Origin: a virus
Virus record (IMG/VR): IMGVR_UViG_3300005535_000012
Span: 1 to 39,583 of that record
Length of the DNA: 39,583 bases
Reading direction: 5' to 3' (one strand)
Positions 1-8,277 of the stretch are shown here, one piece after another. A model generated the notes under the pieces. That model did no database searches. It saw only the letters and a program-made list of their open reading frames with translations, and had not been told where the DNA came from. Every line of letters starts with the position of its first letter. The first letter of the stretch is position 1. The translations under genes were made by a program, and so were the position numbers.

Positions 1-60
1 GCCCCGCTCGAAGGCACGGGCAATGGGGCGGATGAGCGGGCGATGCGCGTAACTGATGGC
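1..60. repeat. Direct terminal repeat/overlap, copy 1 (identical to 39524-39583)
   Basis: gccccgctcgaaggcacgggcaatggggcggatgagcgggcgatgcgcgtaactgatggc is present at both ends of the window. Confidence 0.97.
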
Positions 61-1314
61 CTCGAAGCCTGCGACTGGTCCGGCGTCTCTATCGGGAACA
101 AAGCCATCATCAAATACGCGGTGGAGTTGCTCCGAAACCGCGTCCTTCGCAATGAGGATGTGGGAACGGTGGCCGCCGATCGGGCGTTCCCGGCGAAGAA
201 CGGCTATTTCGTCTATGACCCAGAAGGCAATGGGTTTGATCTGTATGACACGGATGCAGAACGCGCCAAAGCGCACAACACGGCCATAGAAGAATGTCGG
301 CGGGCAGCAATCGACGACGGCGAATGGCCGCTCGAAGTGGACAGCATCGTATCTGGAGTCGTCACCCACAAAACCGCCGCGACTAACGTAGACGGCGATT
401 CCTGCGAGTATGCTGCCGCTCCCTCCGCAGATGCAGCGGCAGCGCCGGCAGACGAGCGGGCGGCGTTCGAGGTGTACATGCGCGCTCGGCATCCGCACGT
501 CGAATTGTACCGGCGCGACGTGCGCTCATCATCCCGTTTCGGGCAGTACTGCCGCGAGTTCGCTCAGGAAATGTGGGGGCTTTGGCAGGCCCGCGCGGCA
601 GCATCGCAGCCAGCAGCGGAGCCGATCATTCCGGCCGAACTGCATCACGACACCGCAAAGCTCGTGCGCCGGTTCGCTCGTGCGCTCGCCAACAAGCTGC
701 TGTCCGCGCAGCGCAAGTACGGCTACTCGGACAACTGGATGCGCGACGATTGGGCGGACGAGTGCCGCGCCGAGCTGATGCGCCATATCCAGAAGGGTGA
801 CCCGCGTGACGTCGCAGCCTACTGCGCGTTCTTGTGGCATCACAACGAATCGACCGCAGCGGCAGCGGGGCAAGAGGCGGTGGCGTGGGTTCGCAAGCAC
901 CCTGACACGGGCGAGCTTTCGGGAGACTGGCTCTGGAATGACGCCATAGAGCAATGCCGCAAGAATTCCGGCGTTTGGTTCCCGCTGGGCTTTCTCACCG
1001 CCGCGCCCGCGCAGGTCGTCACTCGGCAGGGGCTGACGGACGAGCAGTGGTACGACCTTGCGTCGCGGCATGCCAATGCCGAATGGAACGGCGACGGCTA
1101 TCTGGCTTCGGTCAAAGCGCTCTGCGATGACTATCGCGCCCTTCTCGCCGCTCAGCAGCCGGAGCCGCGCGCCGAGGTGACGGACGACGAGTACTGCCCG
1201 AACTGCAATTGCCAACGCGACGGGCACGCGCCATGTGTATTCGCTCAAGACGAGGCGAAGCGGCGTGCCAAGTTGGCTCCCATTGAAGCCGGCCGCGCAG
1301 GAGACGAAAAGTGA
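1..1314 (+). CDS. 3' part of a junction-spanning 567-aa phage hypothetical protein (5' part at 39134-39583)
   Basis: Frame 1 is open from base 1; the ORF starting at 39134 enters the 60-bp overlap in the same frame. Confidence 0.75.
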   Translation, partial: APLEGTGNGADERAMRVTDGLEACDWSGVSIGNKAIIKYAVELLRNRVLRNEDVGTVAADRAFPAKNGYFVYDPEGNGFDLYDTDAERAKAHNTAIEECRRAAIDDGEWPLEVDSIVSGVVTHKTAATNVDGDSCEYAAAPSADAAAAPADERAAFEVYMRARHPHVELYRRDVRSSSRFGQYCREFAQEMWGLWQARAAASQPAAEPIIPAELHHDTAKLVRRFARALANKLLSAQRKYGYSDNWMRDDWADECRAELMRHIQKGDPRDVAAYCAFLWHHNESTAAAAGQEAVAWVRKHPDTGELSGDWLWNDAIEQCRKNSGVWFPLGFLTAAPAQVVTRQGLTDEQWYDLASRHANAEWNGDGYLASVKALCDDYRALLAAQQPEPRAEVTDDEYCPNCNCQRDGHAPCVFAQDEAKRRAKLAPIEAGRAGDEK

Positions 1315-1400
1315 GCAAATACCAGAAACTCGACGCGCTGATCATCGCTGAGATCGAGAGGATCGACCGTGCCGACGCCCGCGCAGGAGAAGGCCAATGA
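1311..1400 (+). CDS. Small hypothetical protein, 29 aa (VSKYQKLDALIIAEIERIDRADARAGEGQ)
   Basis: GTG start overlaps upstream stop; stop overlaps ATG at 1397; not in ORF track. Confidence 0.45.
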   Translation: MSKYQKLDALIIAEIERIDRADARAGEGQ

Positions 1401-1681
1401 CCGAACCGATTCTGACGCGCGACCAGATCCTAGAAGCGCTCACTATCCCCGGCCTGAACGTCGAAGCATCCTTGGAGCCGCGTGAAGTCGAACTGCTTTG
1501 CGTGGTGATCTCCGACTTGCTGGAGAAGGTTTGCGGGGAGCCTATCTATCAGGCGCGCCAACGTTCTGATGAGGACGATAGGTGGGATGACGTATATGAG
1601 GCCACGCATTTCGCTTGCTCAAACGAGCCCAAGTTTTACGAAACGCGCATCGTCTACGCCCTCACCCGGAGCAAGCCATGA
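1397..1681 (+). CDS. Hypothetical phage protein, 94 aa
   Basis: Compact operon with ATGA/GTGA overlaps. Confidence 0.7.
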   Translation: MTEPILTRDQILEALTIPGLNVEASLEPREVELLCVVISDLLEKVCGEPIYQARQRSDEDDRWDDVYEATHFACSNEPKFYETRIVYALTRSKP

Positions 1682-1932
1682 AGATCACCGATGACATGCT
1701 GACGGAGTGGTTTCCGCCAGAAGTGAAACCGATCCGCCCCGGAATCTATCTCGTTAAGAAGTTCGCCCACGTGGACTGGCTCTATTGGCGCTATTGGGAT
1801 GGAGATTTTTGGAGAACCGGGATTGTCTATGAGTGCTCAGCGCCTGATACGCGTTTCTCAAAGGGCTTAAGCAAGGCATCGATCCAAGATGTTCAATGGC
1901 GCGGCCTAAACAAGGAGCCACAACGTGACTGA
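1678..1932 (+). CDS. Hypothetical phage protein, 84 aa (MKITDDMLTEWFPPEVKPIRPGIYLVKK...)
   Basis: ATG at 1678 overlaps upstream stop; the longer track ORF start at 1615 is less likely. Confidence 0.75.
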   Translation: MKITDDMLTEWFPPEVKPIRPGIYLVKKFAHVDWLYWRYWDGDFWRTGIVYECSAPDTRFSKGLSKASIQDVQWRGLNKEPQRD

Positions 1933-2242
1933 GAGAGAACTGGAAAATAAGGTGATCACGTTTCGTGATTTGATCAACAACCTGCTTGGCTCATGCACAA
2001 GTTCCGAGAGGATTGATGCTCGGCGAGAACTTGTCGGAGCATACCGGCAGGTGCTCGATGAACTGCAGGTCGCCCGCCGCACCACGCCAGACAGGGAGTC
2101 GATCATCGAGGAATGCGCGAAGGTGTGCGATGAAGCTGCATCACGCCGCTGGTATGCAGAAGATAAAGCGTACGAGGGCTGCGAATTCTGTGCTGAAGAA
2201 ATACGCGCCCTAAAGACCGCCCCCAATGGAGATGAAAAATGA
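1925..2242 (+). CDS. Hypothetical protein, 105 aa
   Basis: GTG start, overlapping neighbours. Confidence 0.65.
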   Translation: MTERELENKVITFRDLINNLLGSCTSSERIDARRELVGAYRQVLDELQVARRTTPDRESIIEECAKVCDEAASRRWYAEDKAYEGCEFCAEEIRALKTAPNGDEK

Positions 2243-2337
2243 AACGTTTCGCCATTGCATTTGATGAATTTTGCACCGCCTGTCGCTGGCTGTCGCCATT
2301 CGTCATGTGGGCGACCGCCTACGCAATTTTGCACTGA
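2239..2337 (+). CDS. Small protein, 32 aa (MKRFAIAFDEFCTACRWLSPFVMWATAYAILH)
   Basis: ATG overlaps upstream TGA; hydrophobic C-terminal half; below track cutoff. Confidence 0.5.
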   Translation: MKRFAIAFDEFCTACRWLSPFVMWATAYAILH

Positions 2338-2344
2338 GGAAAGC

Positions 2345-2752
2345 ATGATCGACATCTTGAAGATGAAAGCGCTGGCGGCGAAATGCCGGGAGCCGGCCAG
2401 TTCTTGGGATGTTTCGTCCACACTGGGGGACGCCGCCAACGCCATCGAATCCCTCCTATCCGAACTCGAAGCCCGAGAAGCGGATCGGCGAGATGCGCTG
2501 CCGGATGGGCTGTGGGTATCGGGATACAGAATGCCTTCTGGCGTCAAGATCGTACGCACCATGCAGATCAAGGGGCCGGATAAATGGAAGGTCACTGATG
2601 GGTTCTCGTGCCTGAACAAGAATGGAGAATGGGAATACGAACCCATCCCAAGTGCGCGCGATAAGGAATTCTTGGCGCGATGCCGGTTCGATTCGGCACA
2701 AGAGGCCATAGACGCCGCCCTTGCGCAACGACAAGAAGGGGAAGAGAAGTGA
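2345..2752 (+). CDS. Hypothetical protein, 135 aa
   Basis: GAGG upstream of ATG at 2345, stop overlaps next start. Confidence 0.7.
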   Translation: MIDILKMKALAAKCREPASSWDVSSTLGDAANAIESLLSELEAREADRRDALPDGLWVSGYRMPSGVKIVRTMQIKGPDKWKVTDGFSCLNKNGEWEYEPIPSARDKEFLARCRFDSAQEAIDAALAQRQEGEEK

Positions 2753-2937
2753 GCCAAATCGACGCAAGACAGGTTCGCGTGCTTCTGCTGCAACTGCGCC
2801 AGATGGCAGTCAACGGCTGGAGCGAAGGTATCGACCCGCGTGGGCAATGCGAAAAGATCGTCAGCAGGATAGACGAATTCGCGTTCGCGCATCGCGAGGA
2901 ACTAGGCACTCGTGGTGACGATGGAGATCCGAAGTAA
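2749..2937 (+). CDS. Hypothetical protein, 62 aa (last gene of rightward operon)
   Basis: GTG start overlapping the upstream stop. Confidence 0.6.
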   Translation: MSQIDARQVRVLLLQLRQMAVNGWSEGIDPRGQCEKIVSRIDEFAFAHREELGTRGDDGDPK

Positions 2938-3036
2938 GTGAAATCAGTGTTTCAACGAATCTTAGAGATCACACGCAAGGAATGGGGATTTGATCACATA
3001 AATACTACAAAGGAGGAGTTGTAATTATTTAAAAAG

Positions 3037-3074
3037 TCCTAGGAGTTAGCATTGGATAATGCTTTCTCCTAGGA
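3037..3074. terminator. Hairpin between converging operons
   Basis: TCCTAGGAG-tt-AGCATT-ggat-AATGCT-tt-CTCCTAGGA; T-rich run (CTTTTTAAATAATT) follows on the - strand. Confidence 0.85.
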
Positions 3075-3087
3075 TATATGTTTTTAG

Positions 3088-3879
3088 TCAACGCACACGG
3101 CGCGCTGCAATAAATCCCTGAGCTGTTGCCGTGCTTGTAGCAAAGGCCGCAGTAGCTACTAGATAAATAGTCGTGGTAGTAGAAAGACTAAATCTTTGCT
3201 GAGGAACTGCATGCTGCTGCGTTGTATTGGTCGGAAACGTACCGTTGCTGAAAAAGCTCAATGGGTTTGCTGGTAGACCTGCTGACACAGACGAAATGCC
3301 AGCCTGAATACTTGATGTAGTAGTAGTCGCAGCAGCTGAATAATTGAAGGCACCCCAAACATCCCAATCGCCAGCGGTTAGGGTAATGAAAGAAATGTTA
3401 GCATTAGTTGCAGCCGTTAGACTGACTGACCCCGATGTTGCTGTAACATATTCTCCAATACTTCCTGCATTTACGTTATCGCCTAGAGTGGTTCCAACAA
3501 TGCCAGCCGTAGTAGACGGCGTGATGGCTCCGGTAAAGGTCGCTCCCGTCGTCATCGCATAGCTAGAGCGACACGTAAATCCAGTGCTTGTAGTCCAGTT
3601 CAGCGCGCTACCCGATGCGCTGCAACTCGGCATGGCGAATGCTGTGGGCGACGTCGATGAGCCGGTGGCGTTTGCGAGAACCGTATTGGCAGCAATCGCC
3701 GCGATACCGTTGACGCCAATGCCACCCCACGCCGGCGCACTTGACGATCCTGTCGAGACGATTGCTTGACCAGAACTGGAGCCAGTCGGATTAAGCAGTT
3801 GGACCGGCACTGTTGTGGCCGCCAGCACGACCGATGAAAAGAGCGCAAGGAATGCGCCGAATAGTTTCTTCATTCTCAT
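3088..3879 (-). CDS. Putative secreted or virion-associated protein with N-terminal signal peptide, 263 aa
   Basis: MRMKKLFGAFLALFSSVVLAA N-terminus; low-complexity Ser/Thr/Ala body; ANTVLANATGSSTSPTAFAMP segment as in phage tail-associated proteins. Confidence 0.7.
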   Translation of the reverse strand: MRMKKLFGAFLALFSSVVLAATTVPVQLLNPTGSSSGQAIVSTGSSSAPAWGGIGVNGIAAIAANTVLANATGSSTSPTAFAMPSCSASGSALNWTTSTGFTCRSSYAMTTGATFTGAITPSTTAGIVGTTLGDNVNAGSIGEYVTATSGSVSLTAATNANISFITLTAGDWDVWGAFNYSAAATTTTSSIQAGISSVSAGLPANPLSFFSNGTFPTNTTQQHAVPQQRFSLSTTTTIYLVATAAFATSTATAQGFIAARRVR

Positions 3880-4115
3880 TCTCCGTCAGGGATAATGGCG
3901 CCGTCGCCAATGGTAGAAGATAGGGCTTTATCGCAGTGGCCAGGATTGATCCAGTTTAAGAACTTGCATAGCACGCAGCCCCACTGTCTGCCGGCATTTC
4001 GCGCCTTCGCCGCGCGTTCGCTGATCGTTTCGTTCGGGGAACCACCGAATAACGTATTCCCGGCCTCATCTAGCAGGACTAGCCAGTTCAGGAAATAGCG
4101 GCCGATCTTGTTCAT
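3876..4115 (-). CDS. Conserved small phage protein, 79 aa (RYFLNWLVLLDEAGNTLFGG.. WINPGHCDKA)
   Basis: Sequence style recognised from phage lysis regions; ATGA-type overlaps. Confidence 0.7.
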   Translation of the reverse strand: MNKIGRYFLNWLVLLDEAGNTLFGGSPNETISERAAKARNAGRQWGCVLCKFLNWINPGHCDKALSSTIGDGAIIPDGE

Positions 4116-4678
4116 TGCTGCGCTCCCGGAGGCGTCGATTTGGCGAGAAGGTCATTGACCTGCGTGGTGTCACTCGTGCTGCCGAACCAGAAGTGAACGA
4201 CGACTAGCCATACAGTGCCAAGCGTGCCTGTTGCAGAATAAATCAAGGCCTTGGCACCTTCCGGAACCGGGTAGACAAACAGACCGATCAATAAACCGAA
4301 GAAGCCAGCAGTGATGAGAAACGTGAGCCATGCCGGCACAATCGATTTATTAGCCGTCTGCATATCGCGAGCGCTGATCGTATCCTGCACCTTCAGCGAC
4401 GCCAGAGTTTCCACATCCTTGAACCCAGCTTGGGCCATCGCCAAGGCATAATCTTGATCTTTTGCCCGCATAGCCGCCAGTTGCTCAGGTGTAGCACCGC
4501 TAATCGCCGCAGCAATAGCATTCTGCCTGTCATCGGTCGAGGCATCCGATTTCGGTGTCAGGCCAAATACCGATTCAAGCGCAGCGAGACCTCCTCCTAC
4601 GAGGGGGCCACCTAGAACGGTTCCAATAGTCGGAGCAAGTTTAACAACGACATTGAGTGCATCTGTCCAACCTGACAT
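4112..4678 (-). CDS. Putative holin (3-TM superfamily-like)
   Basis: GGAG RBS ahead of ATG at 4678; APTIGTVLGGPLVGGGLAAL and two C-terminal TM stretches; adjacent to lysozyme. Confidence 0.7.
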   Translation of the reverse strand: MSGWTDALNVVVKLAPTIGTVLGGPLVGGGLAALESVFGLTPKSDASTDDRQNAIAAAISGATPEQLAAMRAKDQDYALAMAQAGFKDVETLASLKVQDTISARDMQTANKSIVPAWLTFLITAGFFGLLIGLFVYPVPEGAKALIYSATGTLGTVWLVVVHFWFGSTSDTTQVNDLLAKSTPPGAQQ

Positions 4679-4711
4679 GATCATGCTCCTTTCACGGTAG
4701 ACCAATCCATA

Positions 4712-5155
4712 TCAGCTCCCCAACAAAAACAAGGCGCGTTCCGCATCGCGGCGTTTTACAAGACCCGGAAGCGTTACGCCTGCGGCATGGATCCATTTTC
4801 CGAACTCGCTGGACGCAGCCTGAGCATCGCCAGAATTAAAAAGACGGAGAAGCGTAGAATTCGAAAGCGCGGTCAGTCCGAGGTTGTAGGAAAAATCCGC
4901 CAACGCGCCCTTCTGTTCATCAGTCATCGGTACCTTAACGATCATATCGAGTTGGCCACCGATAGTGCGCATCCGATTGGTGAGATCCGAGTCAGCCTGA
5001 TCCTGCGTCCATACCGTGTCGCGGTTGATGCCATAACCGGTAGCACCGTAGCCAATCGTCGGAACGAGCCACCCTTTAGCCGGATCAGGATAGGCTTTCA
5101 GCTCACATCCCTCGAATTGCTTGGCAAGACCTATTGCCATATCGAGCCAGTTCAT
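4712..5155 (-). CDS. Endolysin, GH24-type lysozyme, 147 aa
   Basis: FEGCELKAYPDPAKGWLVPTIGYGATG fits the T4/P22 lysozyme E-D-T active-site layout; SYNLG and VKRRDAER motifs. Confidence 0.92.
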   Translation of the reverse strand: MNWLDMAIGLAKQFEGCELKAYPDPAKGWLVPTIGYGATGYGINRDTVWTQDQADSDLTNRMRTIGGQLDMIVKVPMTDEQKGALADFSYNLGLTALSNSTLLRLFNSGDAQAASSEFGKWIHAAGVTLPGLVKRRDAERALFLLGS

Positions 5156-5595
5156 TGATTTTCACCTCCAGTGAGAACTTTCAGGATCCGCTCGTCGCCT
5201 TCTTTCAAGGCTTGTAGTAGAGCGCGATGGTCAAGCAACATGTCTCGCTGGGCTTCGGCAATCAGAAGAACGCCCTTGAGCGTCTTGTCTTGAGCCTCGG
5301 AGAGTTCTAGCAGCATCCCCAAGATTCGCTGCTGCATTTCAGCCATCGCAAGCAGATTTTTCACTCCATCCCATATCAGCCTGAGCAAGCGAAGTGTTTC
5401 TTCTGCGGCAACTGTAATCACAGCGCTAGCAATAGAAGCTTCGCTAGACAAACTTAAGTTCGTCCCGCCCCAATCCGGATCATATCCCCACGCATAGTGA
5501 AGAAATAGCGAACTGGCGATGAACGTAGATAGTGCTATCAAAAATATCTTCGGTGAGCGAAACCGTAGATAAATTCGATACAAGACCTTACCCAT
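5152..5595 (-). CDS. Membrane protein with TM segment(s) and C-terminal coiled coil
   Basis: KIFLIALSTFIASSLFLHYAWGY hydrophobic segment; the track start at 5631 has no evident RBS, so the start is uncertain. Confidence 0.6.
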   Translation of the reverse strand: MGKVLYRIYLRFRSPKIFLIALSTFIASSLFLHYAWGYDPDWGGTNLSLSSEASIASAVITVAAEETLRLLRLIWDGVKNLLAMAEMQQRILGMLLELSEAQDKTLKGVLLIAEAQRDMLLDHRALLQALKEGDERILKVLTGGENQ

Positions 5596-5983
5596 GCCGA
5601 AGTCCCAAGTATCCGATGACGATTTCACCAATGAACAGAATGACCATAGCCCAACTCATGCGTCGGTTAAAGCGAACTTCCTTGGATGCAACCATCGCTG
5701 AGCGCTCAGTTTCAAGATCAACAACACGCTGACCATAATGGTCAAGTCGTTCATTCAGGAACTCGTCTCTGTCGAGGCGTTCGCGTATATCGCCCCGCAA
5801 TGCAGCGATATCCTCTTTGGTGGCGATCGATTCACGCAGTTCGCTCATGAATTCATTGAGACGCTCAATATTTTCTTCAGCTTTATCAAGGCGTTGTGCG
5901 TCGTGGGCGCGCTGTCGCCGGATATCTTCGATCTCGGCTGCAAGTTTTTTATCGGCAGCATGAAGTTCTTCAAAGGTAAACAT
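5588..5983 (-). CDS. Coiled-coil protein with C-terminal TM anchor, 131 aa
   Basis: Charged helical body then MSWAMVILFIGEIVIGYLGLRHG. Confidence 0.65.
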   Translation of the reverse strand: MFTFEELHAADKKLAAEIEDIRRQRAHDAQRLDKAEENIERLNEFMSELRESIATKEDIAALRGDIRERLDRDEFLNERLDHYGQRVVDLETERSAMVASKEVRFNRRMSWAMVILFIGEIVIGYLGLRHG

Positions 5984-6014
5984 GAAATCCCCGTTATCCG
6001 TGTTTTATATGAAA

Positions 6015-8042
6015 TTAAGCGCCGGCAGTATTGACCGACCATCCAAACCCAAGATTCGATGTTGCTGAAGCATTGGAAGAGATGGTAAAAGTGGTTGCCG
6101 TGACAGCACTCACCCAGAAGTTTGAGATCCCGGCTGCGCCAGGACTTCCGGTCGCCGTCAACTGGATTTCATATCCTTGAGGCTGAACATCAAGTCCGTG
6201 AGAAACCACAATGGACGAGTTCCCGGAAAGAAGGGTTGCGCTGCCAGAGTTCGATGTTTTGTAGCCGACATTGTGGTGGATGTACTTGCCAGGGCTTGAC
6301 GAACTTCCGTCAAAAATATTTCCGGCATTTCCACGAATATCACAGTCAGCAATAACGAAATTCGTCGATGAACCTGAATCAATCGTGATTCCATGACCGC
6401 TATTTCCTGTTCCACCACCAAAGTTTCCAAGCGACGCACCGATAATCGACCAATCACTTTGATTTGCGCCTACATGAACTCCATTGGAGTTTTGCTCAAA
6501 AACACCACCTAGGATTCGGAAGTCATCACCTTTGGTAAGCAAGATCCCATCACCCATATTGCTGACGCATTGAGGATCGATGAAATGAATACTCGAACAC
6601 GAACCAGTACCGGAATTATTAATTTCGCACCCATGAGAACCATTATTACCAAACCAGCAATTACTGAAACGTACATTACTTACACTTCCAGTAGATGATG
6701 GAATAATGAAAACTCCACGCTGGACATTACTATCAAAAAATGTATTATCTGACCACACTGCATAAGCGAGTTGAGAAGCGCCAGGGGAAATAATCATGCC
6801 AGTCCCTTGGTGCTGGATCTCGCATTGTACAATTCTTAGATCATTAGTTTGATTAACAACAATACCAAAAGAAGGCTGACTTCCAGAGGGCGCATCCATA
6901 ACAATATTCATGACCAACTGGTCGAACCCTGACGAATTAGCGCCGATAACGATAGAGCGCCCAACTGTGGCTACAGTATTGCGAATCTGTCCATCTCGTA
7001 TAACAGCAATAGTCGAGCTAAAACTTATTGCTGTATATGCTCCAAAGACAGAGAAATCTCTAAGTGTATGGGTAGCACCCGAGGTAAAGTTAAACGTCGT
7101 TCCGCCCGTCCTAGTGACGCTATGAACAATATTCAATCCGGCTATTTCAATATCAGAAGCAGAGATATCGAACAAATCATCAGTCGGAGAATTGCATGTT
7201 AACGTAGTGCCATATTCAAAATCACCAAGAAGCTTGAAATTATTAACAGAAATATTGATAGTTCCGGCGATTAGATAATTTCCGGCAGGAACGTATAGAC
7301 AATGGCCTGACATATTAGCGATTGCATTGTTGAAAGCCGAAGTATCATCGGTAACGCCATCTCCTTTCGCCCCAAAATCTTTTACAGTAACAAAATCCTG
7401 AAGCCTAGATTTAACGGTTCTGGTTACCGCATTTGAACTGCCCTGGTTATATGATAATTTGCTTGACTGAATACCTGCATTTAGAGCAACGCTTGCGTCA
7501 GTAACACTTCCCGACCCCGGGGTTCCTATAGCAATCGTATTTCCTACTTTAATATTTACTTCATTTACACCAATTGGAATCGCCGAATTAAATGTCACGA
7601 CAGTTCCTGAAACAGACCATGTATCAGGAGTCTGGTAGACACCATCAAAAAAGACCCACAGATTTGCCGGGGATCCTGGGGAAGATGAAATCGTGAGAGT
7701 CGTCGTAGTGCCCGGAGTGAAACCAGTCCCAGACAAATAGGCGTTGTCGGTCATGTTCCCGATTAGACCGCTGCTCGTATCTTCCGTGATTTGGTCCCAG
7801 ATCAAGTTGTTAAACTGATCATAGACGACCTGCCGATAAGTACCCGCCCCCCAGATCAATGCTTGCCCGTTCGCATCTAGAACAATAGGATTTGTGTTAA
7901 GGATGGTTTGGGCTGGGTCCTGCCACGTATTCTTGAACGTAGAAGTGTTGGGGATGTAGAAATAGACCGATCCACCAGCGAGCGGCTTCCCGTTCGAATC
8001 GATGAACTGACTTTTTGCATTCGGCAGGATGGTAGCCGCCAT
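6015..8042 (-). CDS. Tailspike/tail fibre with pectate-lyase-like beta-helix domain, 675 aa
   Basis: VTVKDFGAKGDGVTDDTSAFNNAIA motif typical of beta-helix tailspikes; G/N/S-rich repeats; N-terminal virion-attachment-like region. Confidence 0.88.
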   Translation of the reverse strand: MAATILPNAKSQFIDSNGKPLAGGSVYFYIPNTSTFKNTWQDPAQTILNTNPIVLDANGQALIWGAGTYRQVVYDQFNNLIWDQITEDTSSGLIGNMTDNAYLSGTGFTPGTTTTLTISSSPGSPANLWVFFDGVYQTPDTWSVSGTVVTFNSAIPIGVNEVNIKVGNTIAIGTPGSGSVTDASVALNAGIQSSKLSYNQGSSNAVTRTVKSRLQDFVTVKDFGAKGDGVTDDTSAFNNAIANMSGHCLYVPAGNYLIAGTINISVNNFKLLGDFEYGTTLTCNSPTDDLFDISASDIEIAGLNIVHSVTRTGGTTFNFTSGATHTLRDFSVFGAYTAISFSSTIAVIRDGQIRNTVATVGRSIVIGANSSGFDQLVMNIVMDAPSGSQPSFGIVVNQTNDLRIVQCEIQHQGTGMIISPGASQLAYAVWSDNTFFDSNVQRGVFIIPSSTGSVSNVRFSNCWFGNNGSHGCEINNSGTGSCSSIHFIDPQCVSNMGDGILLTKGDDFRILGGVFEQNSNGVHVGANQSDWSIIGASLGNFGGGTGNSGHGITIDSGSSTNFVIADCDIRGNAGNIFDGSSSSPGKYIHHNVGYKTSNSGSATLLSGNSSIVVSHGLDVQPQGYEIQLTATGSPGAAGISNFWVSAVTATTFTISSNASATSNLGFGWSVNTAGA

Positions 8043-8051
8043 TTCGATGTA

Positions 8052-8110
8052 TCCTAAGGAAAGTGGAACATGCAGCCGCTCTAGCGTGCTGCGTGTCTCT
8101 GCCCTTAGGA
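8052..8110 (-). promoter_or_regulatory. Inverted repeat in tailspike leader overlapping the ribosome-binding site
   Basis: TCCTAAGG (8052-8059) pairs with CCTTAGGA (8103-8110), enclosing a GCAG..CTGC hairpin; the AGGA lies in the arm next to the ATG. Confidence 0.45.
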
Positions 8111-8277
8111 GACTCTTTACGGGCGACTACCGCCGATAGGTTGGCTAGACCATGACCCACGAACTTCTGGCGATATTAGACAGTATCGCGAAAGAACATT
8201 CCGCTCAGCTTGGCTTCATCGCCATTTCTTGCGTGATAGGCTTCTGCGGCGCCTTCAAAAAAGCATTTCTTGCTTCG

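Noticed and set aside
529-1248. 239-aa minus-strand ORF
   Set aside because: Antisense shadow of the mosaic protein in a GC-rich segment.
1906-2892. 328-aa minus-strand ORF
   Set aside because: Antisense to several overlapping, coupled + strand genes; Ser/Arg-rich shadow ORF.
5152-5631. Upstream start (5631) for the membrane coiled-coil protein
   Set aside because: GTG at 5631 lacks an apparent ribosome-binding site and would overlap the previous gene by 44 nt; ATG at 5595 was preferred, though not certain.
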